Shown piece by piece: positions 9,096-18,474 of a DNA stretch of 37,526 nt. A program made the translations under genes and the position numbers. The DNA lies in assembly GCA_023448955.1 (NCBI GenBank), contig JAEXJU010000221.1, positions 1-37,526 of the forward strand, in the 5' to 3' direction. Every line of letters begins with the position of its first letter. The stretch's first letter is position 1. The stretch is from Bacteroidota bacterium (GTDB taxonomy: Bacteria; Bacteroidota; Bacteroidia; Flavobacteriales; Weeksellaceae). The notes beneath the pieces were generated by a model. That model was given only the letters and a program-made list of their open reading frames with translations. It searched no databases and was not told where the DNA came from.

Positions 9096-10007
9096 TCAGG
9101 AAGTTTTCTTCATTATAAAACTTTCAATTTCATCATTTCTAAGTTTAGGATTAGCTCCGTTATAACTTGCTACTAAAGCACCAACTGCACTGGCAAAATC
9201 AAGAGCGGAATCAGGATTTTTATCAGATAATAGCTTAGCAATAAGACTTGCCAGAAACGAATCACCGGCTCCAACCGTATCAGCTACTATAACAGTATAA
9301 CCGGCATGTTGGTACATTTTGCCATTCCATAACAATACTGAGCCGCGTTTTCCTAAGGTCACACATATAGAATTTGTTTTGGTTTTATCTGAAATGAAAC
9401 GGATATTTTCTTCCAGATTGTCAGATTTAAAACCTAATTCTGAAGCTATTTCAAGAATTTCCTCATCATTGAATTTGATGAAATCGGCTTTATTCATCAA
9501 TTGTTTGAGAAGTTCAATATTGTAATATGGTTTTCTCAGATTCACATCAAAAACTTTGAACATTTCAGGATTAGAATCCAGAAGGCTGAAAAGTGTATTT
9601 CTCGAAACATCATTTCTGCAAATCAAACTTCCGAAGAAAAAAACATCTGCATTTTTTACAATATTAGTTATATCATCATTCAACCCGATAAAATCCCAGG
9701 CTGATGGAAATTTGATTTCATAAGTTGCTGAACCATGGTCATTCAGTGTTACCTGAACTATTCCAGTTTCGTAGTCTTTCTTTGTAACAATTCCACTTGT
9801 ATTAACTTGATTTTCGTTGATGTAATCGCAAATCACTTTTCCGTCTTCGTCATTTCCAACCGCACTTATCATTGAAACAGGAAACCCGAATGAAGCTGTC
9901 CTCAAAGCCAGATTGAGCGGCGCACCACCGATTTTCTTTTCATCATCAAAAACATCGAAGAGCACTTCACCGTAACTTACTGCATTTATTTTTTTGTTAA
10001 GGAACAT
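9096..10007 (-). CDS. PfkB-family carbohydrate kinase (fructokinase-like)
   Basis: Motifs GEVLFD, GGAPLN, FDVNLR and DTVGAGDSF. Confidence 0.9.
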   Translation of the reverse strand: MFLNKKINAVSYGEVLFDVFDDEKKIGGAPLNLALRTASFGFPVSMISAVGNDEDGKVICDYINENQVNTSGIVTKKDYETGIVQVTLNDHGSATYEIKFPSAWDFIGLNDDITNIVKNADVFFFGSLICRNDVSRNTLFSLLDSNPEMFKVFDVNLRKPYYNIELLKQLMNKADFIKFNDEEILEIASELGFKSDNLEENIRFISDKTKTNSICVTLGKRGSVLLWNGKMYQHAGYTVIVADTVGAGDSFLASLIAKLLSDKNPDSALDFASAVGALVASYNGANPKLRNDEIESFIMKKTS

Positions 10008-10010
10008 TGA

Positions 10011-10390
10011 TTAAGGATTTTTGATATTAATATTGCTGAACGAACTGCCTGAGCCAAAAATACCATTTTTTGTTAACAAAATCATACACACGTTTGGTGA
10101 ATGCGATTTACATAAACCCTGCAAACAACATTGCTGATGAAAACCGTCACGTTTTAATTATTTCCCGGAATTCCCGATAGCGGATATGAATTAGAAAATT
10201 CTTCGCTTCTACGTTTCGTTAGATAGCTTACAATTCTGTTGTCAGAACGTTCGAAAGAAATTTTAAAACCATTCTCGACTTAAATATCCTGAAATAAAAA
10301 CAATCCTGATTTTCCACTCGCAGAAGTATTCGGTTTAGGGTAAGCGGAAATTTAAGAGTTGGAATTCAAATTGTATTGTATTACAAAATG
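10011..10390 (-). pseudogene. Decayed 3' remnant of a probable GH32/fructan-utilisation gene
   Basis: Joining frames by hand gives ...SGKSGLFLFQD*VENGFKISFERSDNRIVSY...YPLSGIPGNN*NVTVFISNVVCRVYVN/IAFTKRVYDFVNKKW/IFGSGSSFSNINIKNP*, ending 3 nt before the kinase ATG. It contains stops and two frameshifts. The family call is by recollection. Confidence 0.5.
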
Positions 10391-10397
10391 TTATAAA

Positions 10398-10649
10398 ATG
10401 AAAAATTCGGAAAACCTTTCAAAACTATCAAACGATAAGCTTTTAAAATCGCTTAAAAAGGCCAAAGCGCAGTTTATTGGTTTTATGATTTTTTTCTTGT
10501 TGTTGGTAATTGGCTGTAATTATTTTACGTTTACCAAAGGATTTGGTTATTACACACTAATTCCCGTCACAATGATTCCCATTATTATTGCAAATATTTT
10601 TAGTTATGGCAAAATTAAGCAGGAAGTCAAAATCAGAAGATTATTTTAA
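10398..10649 (+). CDS. Small two-transmembrane protein (83 aa)
   Basis: ATG 10398 after an A-rich leader; MKNSENLSKLSNDKLL, two hydrophobic segments and a basic tail EVKIRRLF. Confidence 0.7.
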   Translation: MKNSENLSKLSNDKLLKSLKKAKAQFIGFMIFFLLLVIGCNYFTFTKGFGYYTLIPVTMIPIIIANIFSYGKIKQEVKIRRLF

Positions 10650-10839
10650 GAAAGATTAGCAAGTTATTTTACTTTACTATCTATAAATTTTTATCTCTGA
10701 CCTTAGCAATACTAATTACAGAATACGCCGTCATACTTAACTATCAATACTGCAGCGTATTCCATTACTAGGGCAATTCCACAAGATTTCTGTACTATTC
10801 CACTGCACTTTATCTCTGTTCGTAACTTGTATTTTTAGA

Positions 10840-11442
10840 TTAATTCTGACATTTAACCCAAACACTGACGGATGCAGCATTAACCCAAAAGATTCCTTTT
10901 CCATTCTCGTCGAGATCAATGATTTCTTTCCGAAATCCCAGAAAATCGAAAAACTTTCTCCGAGCATTTTCTTTTCCGAGATCAATTGTTTTGTAACCTT
11001 CCGCGCTATTAGAGACGATAACAACGCAGCCATTACGATCTTCATTACCCTTTCTGATCCAGGCAATGCAATTCGGATGATCGAAATAATTGACCTGTTC
11101 TCCGTACGCAAACTTCTGACGAGCCTGCATCAAATTTGGAAGAATCTCAACTTTTGGCATTACAATGTTCTCATCTTTACCATCTGCATTTTTATCAACA
11201 TATTCTGCTTCGAACAGATCAGGATAGAACACGCACGGATAAGCATTTTCTGACAGTAAAATAACTGCGTAAGCAATCGGCCTGAACCAGTCTTCTACTG
11301 TAGATTCCAATGCCTGAAGTCTTTGCGTATCGTGATTTCCCACGAATGAAACCGAACATTCCGGATTGCACACGAGAAAAGTTCCTTTTAAAATTTCGCT
11401 CAGGTTATAATTCTGTTTTTCCTGTGATGCTCTGAAAAAATT
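10840..11442 (-). pseudogene. amyA: 5'-truncated cytoplasmic alpha-amylase (GH13)
   Basis: Frame reads NFFRASQE...FVGNHDTQRLQALES...AYAVILL...YPCVFYPDL...YFDHPNCIAW. It begins 2 nt after the SDR stop, and the N-terminal catalytic regions are missing. Confidence 0.85.
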
Positions 11443-11444
11443 AA

Positions 11445-12206
11445 TTACCCATTGACGATCAATCCACCATTGGGGTGTAATACTTGCCCTGTAATCTGAA
11501 CAGAAGCATCAGTCGCCAAAAATAGAAAGCTTGCAGCCACTTCTTCCGGTGTTGCGTTTCTTTCGAATGGCAGTTTATTTGGATCTTCCTCTTTTTCGCC
11601 GAAAGTTTCTTTGGTAAGCGGTGTCGCAACTGGGCCTGGTGCTACGGCATTGACACGGATACCTTTTGGTTTCGATTGCAGAGCCAAAGATCTTGTGAAA
11701 GAAACAATTGCACCTTTTGTCGCTGAATAATCTAATAATTGTTTGTGTCCCTGATAGGCTGTGGCAGATGTTGTGTTTATAATAGAACAACCGTTTTCAA
11801 GATATGGGAAAGCAGCTTTAGTAAGCAAAATCATTCCGATGATATTGGCATTGAAAGTTGTCCTGATATTATTTTCATCCAAATCCAAAATACTGTCTGC
11901 GGGAAACTGGACGCCTGCGTTGTTAATCAGAACATCCAGCTTACCGAATTCAGCAATCGTTTTGTAAACTGTCTCTTTGCAGAAATAAGAATCATTCACA
12001 TCACCAGAAAACAGAATAACCTTTCTTCCCAATTGTTCAATTTCTGCTTTAGTTTTTTCGGCGCTCTTATCGTCATTATGGTAGATAATTGCTATGTCGG
12101 CAACGTTCTTGGCAAAAAGTAGTGCTACAGCTTTTCCGATACCGCTGTCCGCTCCCGAGATCAATACTGATTTACCTTCTAATTGTAAATAATTTTCTTT
12201 AATCAT
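11445..12206 (-). CDS. Short-chain dehydrogenase/reductase (general-stress YhdF/YghA-like)
   Basis: Motifs SGADSGIG, NNAG, YSATKG and VNAVAPGP. Confidence 0.9.
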   Translation of the reverse strand: MIKENYLQLEGKSVLISGADSGIGKAVALLFAKNVADIAIIYHNDDKSAEKTKAEIEQLGRKVILFSGDVNDSYFCKETVYKTIAEFGKLDVLINNAGVQFPADSILDLDENNIRTTFNANIIGMILLTKAAFPYLENGCSIINTTSATAYQGHKQLLDYSATKGAIVSFTRSLALQSKPKGIRVNAVAPGPVATPLTKETFGEKEEDPNKLPFERNATPEEVAASFLFLATDASVQITGQVLHPNGGLIVNG

Positions 12207-12390
12207 TATTATTTTATTTTTTCTTTTATAGTTTTTATTCGTTCAGGATTTGCATCCTCAGCTTATATGTCGCAATAATGTCGGAATTCATACCGAGTGA
12301 TGTGTTTGTAACACAGGACAAATTGAGAATTTTGCAAAAACTTAGTCCACAACTTCCTGAAGTATAGCCTGTAATTCCCTTTAAGAAATT

Positions 12391-12414
12391 ATTGGATATT
12401 GGATATTGGATATT
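12391..12414. repeat. Heptamer tandem repeat (ATTGGAT)x3+
   Basis: attggatattggatattggatatt read directly. Confidence 0.8.
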
Positions 12415-12480
12415 TTAGAAATTGTCACAAAAAAAATTAAAGTGCCTTTTGATATCATAATTTATATGATTATTAAATAA

Positions 12481-12511
12481 AAGCCATACAAAAAACAGAT
12501 GTGTATGGCTT
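12481..12511 (-). terminator. Hairpin downstream of the DUF892 gene
   Basis: Stem AAGCCATACA...TGTATGGCTT. Confidence 0.6.
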
Positions 12512-12530
12512 TATATTTTATAATTTAAAT

Positions 12531-13139
12531 CTATTCTTCCTGCTCAGCATTTATGTTGATAGAAGATTCTGCAATCTCTGTTAATAACAGATCAGTATCC
12601 TCTTCTTCCTGCAAAGTTTTTTCCAAAAGATCAGCAGCTTTATGGTGTTCCATTGTAATCGCTAACTGGACAAGGCCACCGTAAGTTGCAATCTCATAAT
12701 GTTCCACTTTCTGTGCAGCGATAATTAATCCTACATCCCGAGTCATAGAACCTTCTTCTGTAGATTTGATAATCTCTTCACCTTCTTTGATGATGCCTAC
12801 AATAGCTTTACATTCTTTTTGCTCAGCGTGTTCACCAATCAGTTTAAAAACTTTTTCCAAACGGCTGATATGTTTTTTGGTCTGTAGCTGATGATCTTCA
12901 AAAGCATCTTTTAATTCTTCCGTTGTTGCGGCTGCTTCCATCTTAGTCAACGCATCCACAATTGCATTTTCTGCATAATAAATATCCTTCAGAGCATCCA
13001 CAAAGAGCTTGTGCAAAGGCGATTCTGACATGCTTTGATCTTTTTTTTCAGTTTGAGATTGTAGCGGTGTTTGCGTTAGATTTTCTACAGTATCTTTATT
13101 AACTGTAGAACTGTTATTATTTTCTGTTTTAGTAGCCAT
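12531..13139 (-). CDS. Ferritin-like DUF892 (YciE/YciF family) stress protein
   Basis: Motifs LKDIYYAE, HISRLEKVF, AAQKVEHYEIATYG and TLQEEEDTD. Confidence 0.92.
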   Translation of the reverse strand: MATKTENNNSSTVNKDTVENLTQTPLQSQTEKKDQSMSESPLHKLFVDALKDIYYAENAIVDALTKMEAAATTEELKDAFEDHQLQTKKHISRLEKVFKLIGEHAEQKECKAIVGIIKEGEEIIKSTEEGSMTRDVGLIIAAQKVEHYEIATYGGLVQLAITMEHHKAADLLEKTLQEEEDTDLLLTEIAESSININAEQEE

Positions 13140-13167
13140 AATGATTGATTTTAAATGAGTTTAAAAA

Positions 13168-13193
13168 TGATTACCTCCATTGAGAGGTAATCA
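13168..13193 (-). terminator. Hairpin between the KGG-repeat gene and the DUF892 gene
   Basis: TGATTACCTC-N6-GAGGTAATCA, followed by a T run on the minus strand. Confidence 0.6.
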
Positions 13194-13221
13194 AGTTTAT
13201 AATAAAGTGAGGCAAAAAAAA

Positions 13222-14169
13222 TTAAGAATTATTTCTTCTTCCTCCGAATCCTGATCTTCCAGATCCTGAAGACCGGCCGCCGCCGTGAGACGCTTCTCCG
13301 CCCATCCTTGCAATTCTTGTACGTTCAGCTTTACTCATAGATGCAAATCCTCTTCTGGACGTTACGTTGCCTGACCCTGAGTTTCCGCCTGATGTTCCGG
13401 AATTGGATCTTCCTCTGCCAGAACCGGAGTCAGATGATCGACCGCCGCCGTGAGACGCTTCACCGCCCATTCTTGCAATTCTTGTACGTTCGGATTTACT
13501 CATAGATGCGAATCCTCTTTTGGATGTTCCGTTGCCCGACCCAGAGCTTCTGCCTGATGTTCCGGAATTAGAACTTCCTCTGCCAGATCCGGAATTACCA
13601 GCTCGACCTGAGCTAGATGAACCAGAACCCGACCTTCCTGAGCCAGATGATCGACCGCCGCCGTGAGATGCTTCGCCGCCCATCCTTGCAATTCTTGTAC
13701 GTTCGGATTTACTCATAGATGCAAAACCTCTTCTCGATGTTCCCCTGCCTGAACCAGAATTGGAAATACCTCCGGAACCTTGTGAACCTCCTGAACGTCC
13801 TGCACGAGACGTAAATCTTCCTTGGTTGTCACGCTGCTGACTGCCTCTTCCGCCGCGCGACCCACCACGGTTATCATCGTAATCATCGTCATCGTAATCT
13901 TCCTCATCATCATCATAGTCTTCGTCTTCGTCGTCATCGTACTCCTCATCATCGTAATCGTCATCATCGTCATCATCATAATTTGATATTTCGTAATCGT
14001 CATAATCCTCCTCGTAGTCAGAAAAGTCATCATCGTAATCTTCATCTTCCGAGGCATCGTTGAATCCGTGGTCGTAACCTAGTTGATAAATTTCTTCGAA
14101 AACAGATTTTGCATCGTTTGAAGAATTGGACGAATTGTTTGAACGGCTTCTTGAATTTCTAGTGTTCAT
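13222..14169 (-). CDS. KGG/Con-10-type repeat stress protein (hydrophilin) with a long acidic tract
   Basis: Three copies of RGFASMSK(S/A)ERTRIARMGGEASHGGGRSS, an Asp/Glu/Tyr tract of about 60 aa, and Gly/Ser/Arg linkers. Confidence 0.85.
   Translation of the reverse strand: MNTRNSRSRSNNSSNSSNDAKSVFEEIYQLGYDHGFNDASEDEDYDDDFSDYEEDYDDYEISNYDDDDDDDYDDEEYDDDEDEDYDDDEEDYDDDDYDDNRGGSRGGRGSQQRDNQGRFTSRAGRSGGSQGSGGISNSGSGRGTSRRGFASMSKSERTRIARMGGEASHGGGRSSGSGRSGSGSSSSGRAGNSGSGRGSSNSGTSGRSSGSGNGTSKRGFASMSKSERTRIARMGGEASHGGGRSSDSGSGRGRSNSGTSGGNSGSGNVTSRRGFASMSKAERTRIARMGGEASHGGGRSSGSGRSGFGGRRNNS
13275..13735. repeat. Three intragenic direct repeats of about 78 bp encoding KGG-like units
   Basis: CCGCCGCCGTGAGA...CTTGCAATTCTTGTACGTTC...TTTACTCATAGATGC recurs near 13277, 13442 and 13655. 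Confidence 0.85.
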
Positions 14170-14263
14170 AACTTTGAATTTTTTATATTAATATTTAGTG
14201 ATAAAATTGCTGATCCGTGACTAGTATTTAGAACAGCAATTCTGTTTGTGAAATGTGGTAATC

Positions 14264-14309
14264 CAAAGCTAAACACAATAACATCGATAAGTATATGATT
14301 TGAGTCATA
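14264..14309 (-). promoter_or_regulatory. Promoter -7 element with Crp/Fnr-type site, upstream of the KGG gene
   Basis: TAGCTTTG on the minus strand (14264-14271) and TATGATTTGAGTCATA (14294-14309), 22 bp apart. Confidence 0.7.
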
Positions 14310-14510
14310 ATAATCAATCATATTTTTTACATTTTAATTAATTCAGTTTACAAAACCAATTATATTGTATTTAAAATCATATAATTAAAAGTTAAAAACA
14401 GTTAGATAATTTTCTAATTAGTAATCAAAAATTTAACATCACAAAATTCATTCTTAACATTTTATTAAAAAACTAAATTCATTTTTAATTAAAATATTAT
14501 GTTAAATCAA

Positions 14511-14525
14511 AGGCATTATTCTTGT
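14511..14525 (+). promoter_or_regulatory. Sigma54-like -24/-12 element upstream of the PA2169-family gene
   Basis: AGGCATTATTCTTGT fits GG-N10-GT; an IHF-consensus match AATCAA-AAAT-TTA lies at 14423-14435. Confidence 0.5.
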
Positions 14526-14556
14526 AAGTTCCACTTCATACTAAATCAATATTAAA

Positions 14557-15012
14557 ATGGAAAATCAAAAAACAATTGAATTACTGAATGACCTTCTCCA
14601 CATAAGCAATGACAGATTGGAAGGATTTGAAAAGGTAGAAGGTAAAATATGGGAAATGAATCACGATCTACAGGACGATTACGAACATATGACTTCGCAA
14701 ACCAAAGTTTTCAAAAATGAATTGATAAATCTGATTACCGAACGAGGCGGAAAACCAGAAGATTCTGCATCAGTCGCAGGAACTTTGCACAGAGCGTGGA
14801 TTGATATCAAAAATTCCGTGTTGCTCAGCAGTCTGGAATCTTCTACTTTAGAAAATGTTTTGTTTGGCGAAAATGCTGCGATTCAAGCTTATCAGGAAGC
14901 ACTTGATACTGGAGAATTAGATGAAGCAAGTAAAGAAATTGTATCAGAACAATTGAAAAAAATCAAAGATTCATGCCACGAATTTAAAGGCAAATTGGAA
15001 CTTAAAAAATAA
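14557..15012 (+). CDS. PA2169-family (DUF2383) four-helix-bundle protein
   Basis: Motifs LNDLLHISNDRLEGF, SVAGTLHRAWIDIK and GENAAIQAYQEAL. Confidence 0.88.
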   Translation: MENQKTIELLNDLLHISNDRLEGFEKVEGKIWEMNHDLQDDYEHMTSQTKVFKNELINLITERGGKPEDSASVAGTLHRAWIDIKNSVLLSSLESSTLENVLFGENAAIQAYQEALDTGELDEASKEIVSEQLKKIKDSCHEFKGKLELKK

Positions 15013-15032
15013 AGAGAAACATATGATAAAAT

Positions 15033-15064
15033 AAAACAGGAGATCAAAAGTCTCCTGTTTTTTT
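15033..15064. terminator. Bidirectional intrinsic terminator
   Basis: AAAACAGGAGA-N7-TCTCCTGTTTT between convergent genes. Confidence 0.8.
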
Positions 15065-15084
15065 ATTCCAGTTATAATAAAAAG

Positions 15085-15797
15085 TTACTTCCACGGGTCT
15101 AAAACGACCTTGACACAATTGTCTTCTTTTTTATGAAAGATTTCATATCCTTTTGCAACGTCGCTTAGAGAAAGTCTGTGCGTTATAATATCATCTAATT
15201 TCACCTGTCCGGTTTCTACATAATTCAAAAGTTTGTCAACAATAGCGTGAACCGGCGATTGCCCAGCTTTCAAAGTAATTCCTTTATCAAATATCTGTCC
15301 GACTCTGAAATTATCATAATTTACCGGATAAACACCCAAAACGGAAACTATTCCGCCGCGACGAACTCCGCTTAAACAAGCCTCTAAAACTTTGATAGAA
15401 CTTTTTTCAAAATTGAGAACGGCTTTAGCTTTATCTAGGAGATTTCTCTCAGGCTCAAATCCGACTGCATCAATACAGAGATCTGCACCTCGTCCGTTTG
15501 TGAATTCCCTTATCTGCTCAACAGTTTGTTTTGCATCTTCCCAAAGAATCGTTTCGCAACCAGTCAATTTTTTGATTTGATCCAGTCTGTATTGTAAAGT
15601 ATCGATGACAATCACTTTTCCGGCATTGTGAAGAATCGCACTTTTCGCAGCCATGGAACCAAGAGGTCCTGCTCCGAAAATCGCTACAGATTCGCCACCT
15701 TTCAATTCGCCCCAGATAACGCCGGTACAACCAGTTGGAAAAATATCTGTCAGGAAAAGCACTTGCTCGTCAGTTCGTGAAAAACTGCTGCTTTCAT
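15085..15797 (-). pseudogene. Zinc-dependent alcohol/formaldehyde dehydrogenase (YbdR-like) with internal deletion and frameshift
   Basis: ATG 15797 gives MKAAVFH, which is joined out of frame to TDEQVLFLTDIFPTG...GAGPLG...KVVLDPWK. The Zn-ligand GroES-like domain is absent. Confidence 0.85.
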
Positions 15798-15830
15798 AAC
15801 TTTAATATTTTTGATGATTTGGATTTATTT

Positions 15831-17975
15831 TTATGCTGGATTATTCCTTTCAACTTCAAGTTCCCAAACGCGATGGTTGGCTACGGCTTTGATGAAAGCT
15901 TCATCAGCATTTTTGATTTCAGAATTGACAATTGCAGGGTCTTCGTGATTTTTTGTTCCGACGTTACTTTCATTGTAAATTGCATCAGTTTCTTTACCGA
16001 AATAAATAGCTTTACAATGTTTATATGCCTCATTCACAAAATGGAGTGTTCCTGGTTTGTTTTCCATATTCATAAGAATCTCAGCAGAATCTCTTCCGCT
16101 GCATAGATATAACGCGTCAAAACAAACACTTGCCGTACTGGTTAAGGAGTGTTTTGGAATGAAAACCGTTCCATCATCAGCAGTCACTTGTGAAAGACTT
16201 CCGGAAATAATCTGAACATCTGCGCCTTTCTTTTCCAATTTTGATTTCAACATCTGAACATCAGCAGCCTTCACGCCATTTTCCATTATAAATCCAATTA
16301 CGCGGCTTTCTATGGAGTCCTTCACCGTATTTTTCATACTTAATGCTTCTGAAGCAGCTAAACTTGGTTTGGTTTCTTTGCTTTGCAAGGTTTTTGGATC
16401 GGTGTCCGCAGGAATGCTTCCGTTTGGTTGTTTCAACTTGATAACATCTACGCCTACTTTCTTAGCAACAGTCGCAGCCAAATCTTTGTTGATGAATAAT
16501 AACTGACCAACCAATCTTTCTCTGATGGCTGGAATCGTCACTTTTGACAATTCAAAAATCAAGGCTTTCTGCAAATGCGTCTTTTCCGGCTCAGACTGAC
16601 TGTTGTAAAATAATTTGGCTTGAGAATAATGATCCACGAAACTTTCACTTCTTGCACGGATTTTATGTCCATCTACTCTTTCTGCGTGTGAAGCAAATCC
16701 TCCATCTTTGATCATCGCCTGATAGGGACATCCACCACCAATAGAGTTAGGTTCATAGCTTACTTTTCCTTTAACGATTTGCTGACGCATATGACCATCT
16801 CGTTGGTTATTGTGCACCGTATTGACAGACCTGTTGATTGGAATTTCGTGAAAGTTGGGAGAGCCTAATCTGGATAATTGCGTATCTGTGTAAGAAAATA
16901 ATCGACCTTGTAGTAACGGGTCATTACTGAAGTCAATTCCAGGAACTAGATGTCCCGGATGGAAAGCAATCTGCTCAGTTTCTGCAAAGAAATTATCCGG
17001 GTTTCTATTTAAGGTTAATGTTCCGATAATCTGAACCGGAACCAATTCTTCGGGAACTAATTTGGTAGGGTCAAGTAGATCAAAATCGTAATCATTTTCA
17101 TTTTCTTCAGGAATCAACTGAACACCGAATTCCCACTCCGGAAATGCACCATTTTCAATCGCTTCCCAAAGGTCTCTTCTGTGAAAATCCGGGTCTTTTC
17201 CTGAGATTTTTGTCGCCTCATCCCACGCAACTGAATGAACACCCAATTTAGGTTTGAAATGGAATTTAACAAAATGTACATCGCCTTCGCTATTGATAAA
17301 TTTGAAGGAATGTACACCGAAACCTTCCATCATCCGGTAACTTCTTGGGATGGCGCGGTCGCTCATCAGCCACATAATCATATGCATACTTTCGGGCATC
17401 AATGAAATAAAATCCCAAAATGTATCGTGTGCAGAAGCGGCTTGCGGAATCTCATTGTCCGGCTCGGGTTTTACTGCGTGTACCAAATCCGGAAACTTCA
17501 TCGCATCCTGAATGAAGAATACGGGCATATTATTCGCCACCAGATCATAATTACCTTCATCGGTATAAAATTTAACTGCAAAACCTCTGACATCTCTTGC
17601 CAAATCTGTGCTTCCCCTGCTTCCCGCAACTGTGGAAAATCTCACAAAAACGGGAACTTCTTTTCCAACTTCAGTCAGGAACTTAGCTTTGGTATATTTT
17701 TCAAGACTTTCAGTGAGTTTGAAAATCCCGTGTGCGCCAGAACCTCGAGCGTGAACGATTCTTTCAGGGATTCTCTCGTGGTCAAAATGCGTGATTTTTT
17801 CTCTGAGGATAAAATCTTCCAATAAACTCGGCCCTCTTTCTCCTGATTTCAGAGAATCCTGATTATTATTGATTTTCAGTCCTTGATTGGTTGATAATGC
17901 TTGACCTTCATTGTCCGTTGTGTGGTCTTGAAGTTGTTCAACTTTTAAATTTTTTGGTAATTTTTGATTTTTCAT
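15831..17975 (-). CDS. katE: Large-subunit monofunctional catalase HPII
   Basis: FDHERIPERIVHARG, RFSTVAG and RLFSYTDTQ (proximal Tyr); C-terminal GATase1-like domain; 714 aa. Confidence 0.97.
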   Translation of the reverse strand: MKNQKLPKNLKVEQLQDHTTDNEGQALSTNQGLKINNNQDSLKSGERGPSLLEDFILREKITHFDHERIPERIVHARGSGAHGIFKLTESLEKYTKAKFLTEVGKEVPVFVRFSTVAGSRGSTDLARDVRGFAVKFYTDEGNYDLVANNMPVFFIQDAMKFPDLVHAVKPEPDNEIPQAASAHDTFWDFISLMPESMHMIMWLMSDRAIPRSYRMMEGFGVHSFKFINSEGDVHFVKFHFKPKLGVHSVAWDEATKISGKDPDFHRRDLWEAIENGAFPEWEFGVQLIPEENENDYDFDLLDPTKLVPEELVPVQIIGTLTLNRNPDNFFAETEQIAFHPGHLVPGIDFSNDPLLQGRLFSYTDTQLSRLGSPNFHEIPINRSVNTVHNNQRDGHMRQQIVKGKVSYEPNSIGGGCPYQAMIKDGGFASHAERVDGHKIRARSESFVDHYSQAKLFYNSQSEPEKTHLQKALIFELSKVTIPAIRERLVGQLLFINKDLAATVAKKVGVDVIKLKQPNGSIPADTDPKTLQSKETKPSLAASEALSMKNTVKDSIESRVIGFIMENGVKAADVQMLKSKLEKKGADVQIISGSLSQVTADDGTVFIPKHSLTSTASVCFDALYLCSGRDSAEILMNMENKPGTLHFVNEAYKHCKAIYFGKETDAIYNESNVGTKNHEDPAIVNSEIKNADEAFIKAVANHRVWELEVERNNPA

Positions 17976-18002
17976 TACGTAAATATTATTTTACAAAACA
18001 TT

Positions 18003-18040
18003 ACAAAACCCATTCCAATAAATTGATTATCAATTGATTA
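18003..18040 (-). promoter_or_regulatory. Sigma54-like promoter with IHF-like site upstream of katE
   Basis: Minus strand TTGGAATGGGTTTTGT (18003-18018) fits GG-N10-GT. The adjacent TATCAA-TTGA-TTA matches WATCAA-N4-TTR. Confidence 0.55.
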
Positions 18041-18105
18041 CATAGCAAGCAAAACACCTCGCTAAATAATTAGTGAGGTTATCATTATAATCTGGATTTT
18101 GGGAA

Positions 18106-18309
18106 TTAACGCTTTTTAACCGAATCTTTTTTTACAGACAGCGAATCATTTTGTGAAATTGTGTCATTACTTTTTTTATTGGAAGAATTAAGAGAGTCCG
18201 AAGCCATATTAGTGCTGTCTATCTCTATAGATTCTGAAGTTTCAGGAGATTTATTGCTGTTACAGCTAAATAATAATAGAACTGAAGAAATAACAAATAA
18301 CTTTTTCAT
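18106..18309 (-). CDS. Small Ser/Asp-rich lipoprotein (67 aa)
   Basis: Lipoprotein signal MKKLFVISSVLLLFSC; disordered mature part. Confidence 0.75.
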   Translation of the reverse strand: MKKLFVISSVLLLFSCNSNKSPETSESIEIDSTNMASDSLNSSNKKSNDTISQNDSLSVKKDSVKKR

Positions 18310-18331
18310 AATAACTTTTTTTATGGTTAAT

Positions 18332-18377
18332 CAAAGTTATATTGTTATCAGAGAAACATTTTATGATTTGAGTCATA
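18332..18377 (-). promoter_or_regulatory. Promoter -7 element with Crp/Fnr-type site
   Basis: TAACTTTG (18332-18339) and TATGATTTGAGTCATA (18362-18377), 22 bp apart. Confidence 0.7.
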
Positions 18378-18474
18378 GAAGTTAGATAATCATATAATAT
18401 CCAAAATGTGATTGACATTTAACACAATAAAATTATCCCAAGACTTATAAATGTTGCTGTACAATTGAAGATGA

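Noticed and set aside
10157..10179. ATTATTTCCCG / TTCCCGATA resembling the mnmE 3' end as a second att copy
   Set aside because: The match is only 9-11 bp in AT-rich DNA and lies inside the decayed GH32-like reading frame.
10737..11111. 124-aa minus-strand ORF
   Set aside because: It is an alternative frame overlapping the amylase remnant and has no recognisable motif.
13275..13735. Repeat-spacer pattern resembling a CRISPR array
   Set aside because: The units are about 78 bp, in frame, vary at synonymous sites and encode protein repeats. No cas genes are present.
13500..14057. Met/Thr-rich alternative-frame ORFs (MMMTMMM...)
   Set aside because: They are frame-shifted readings of the GAT/GAC acidic tract and repeats of the KGG gene.
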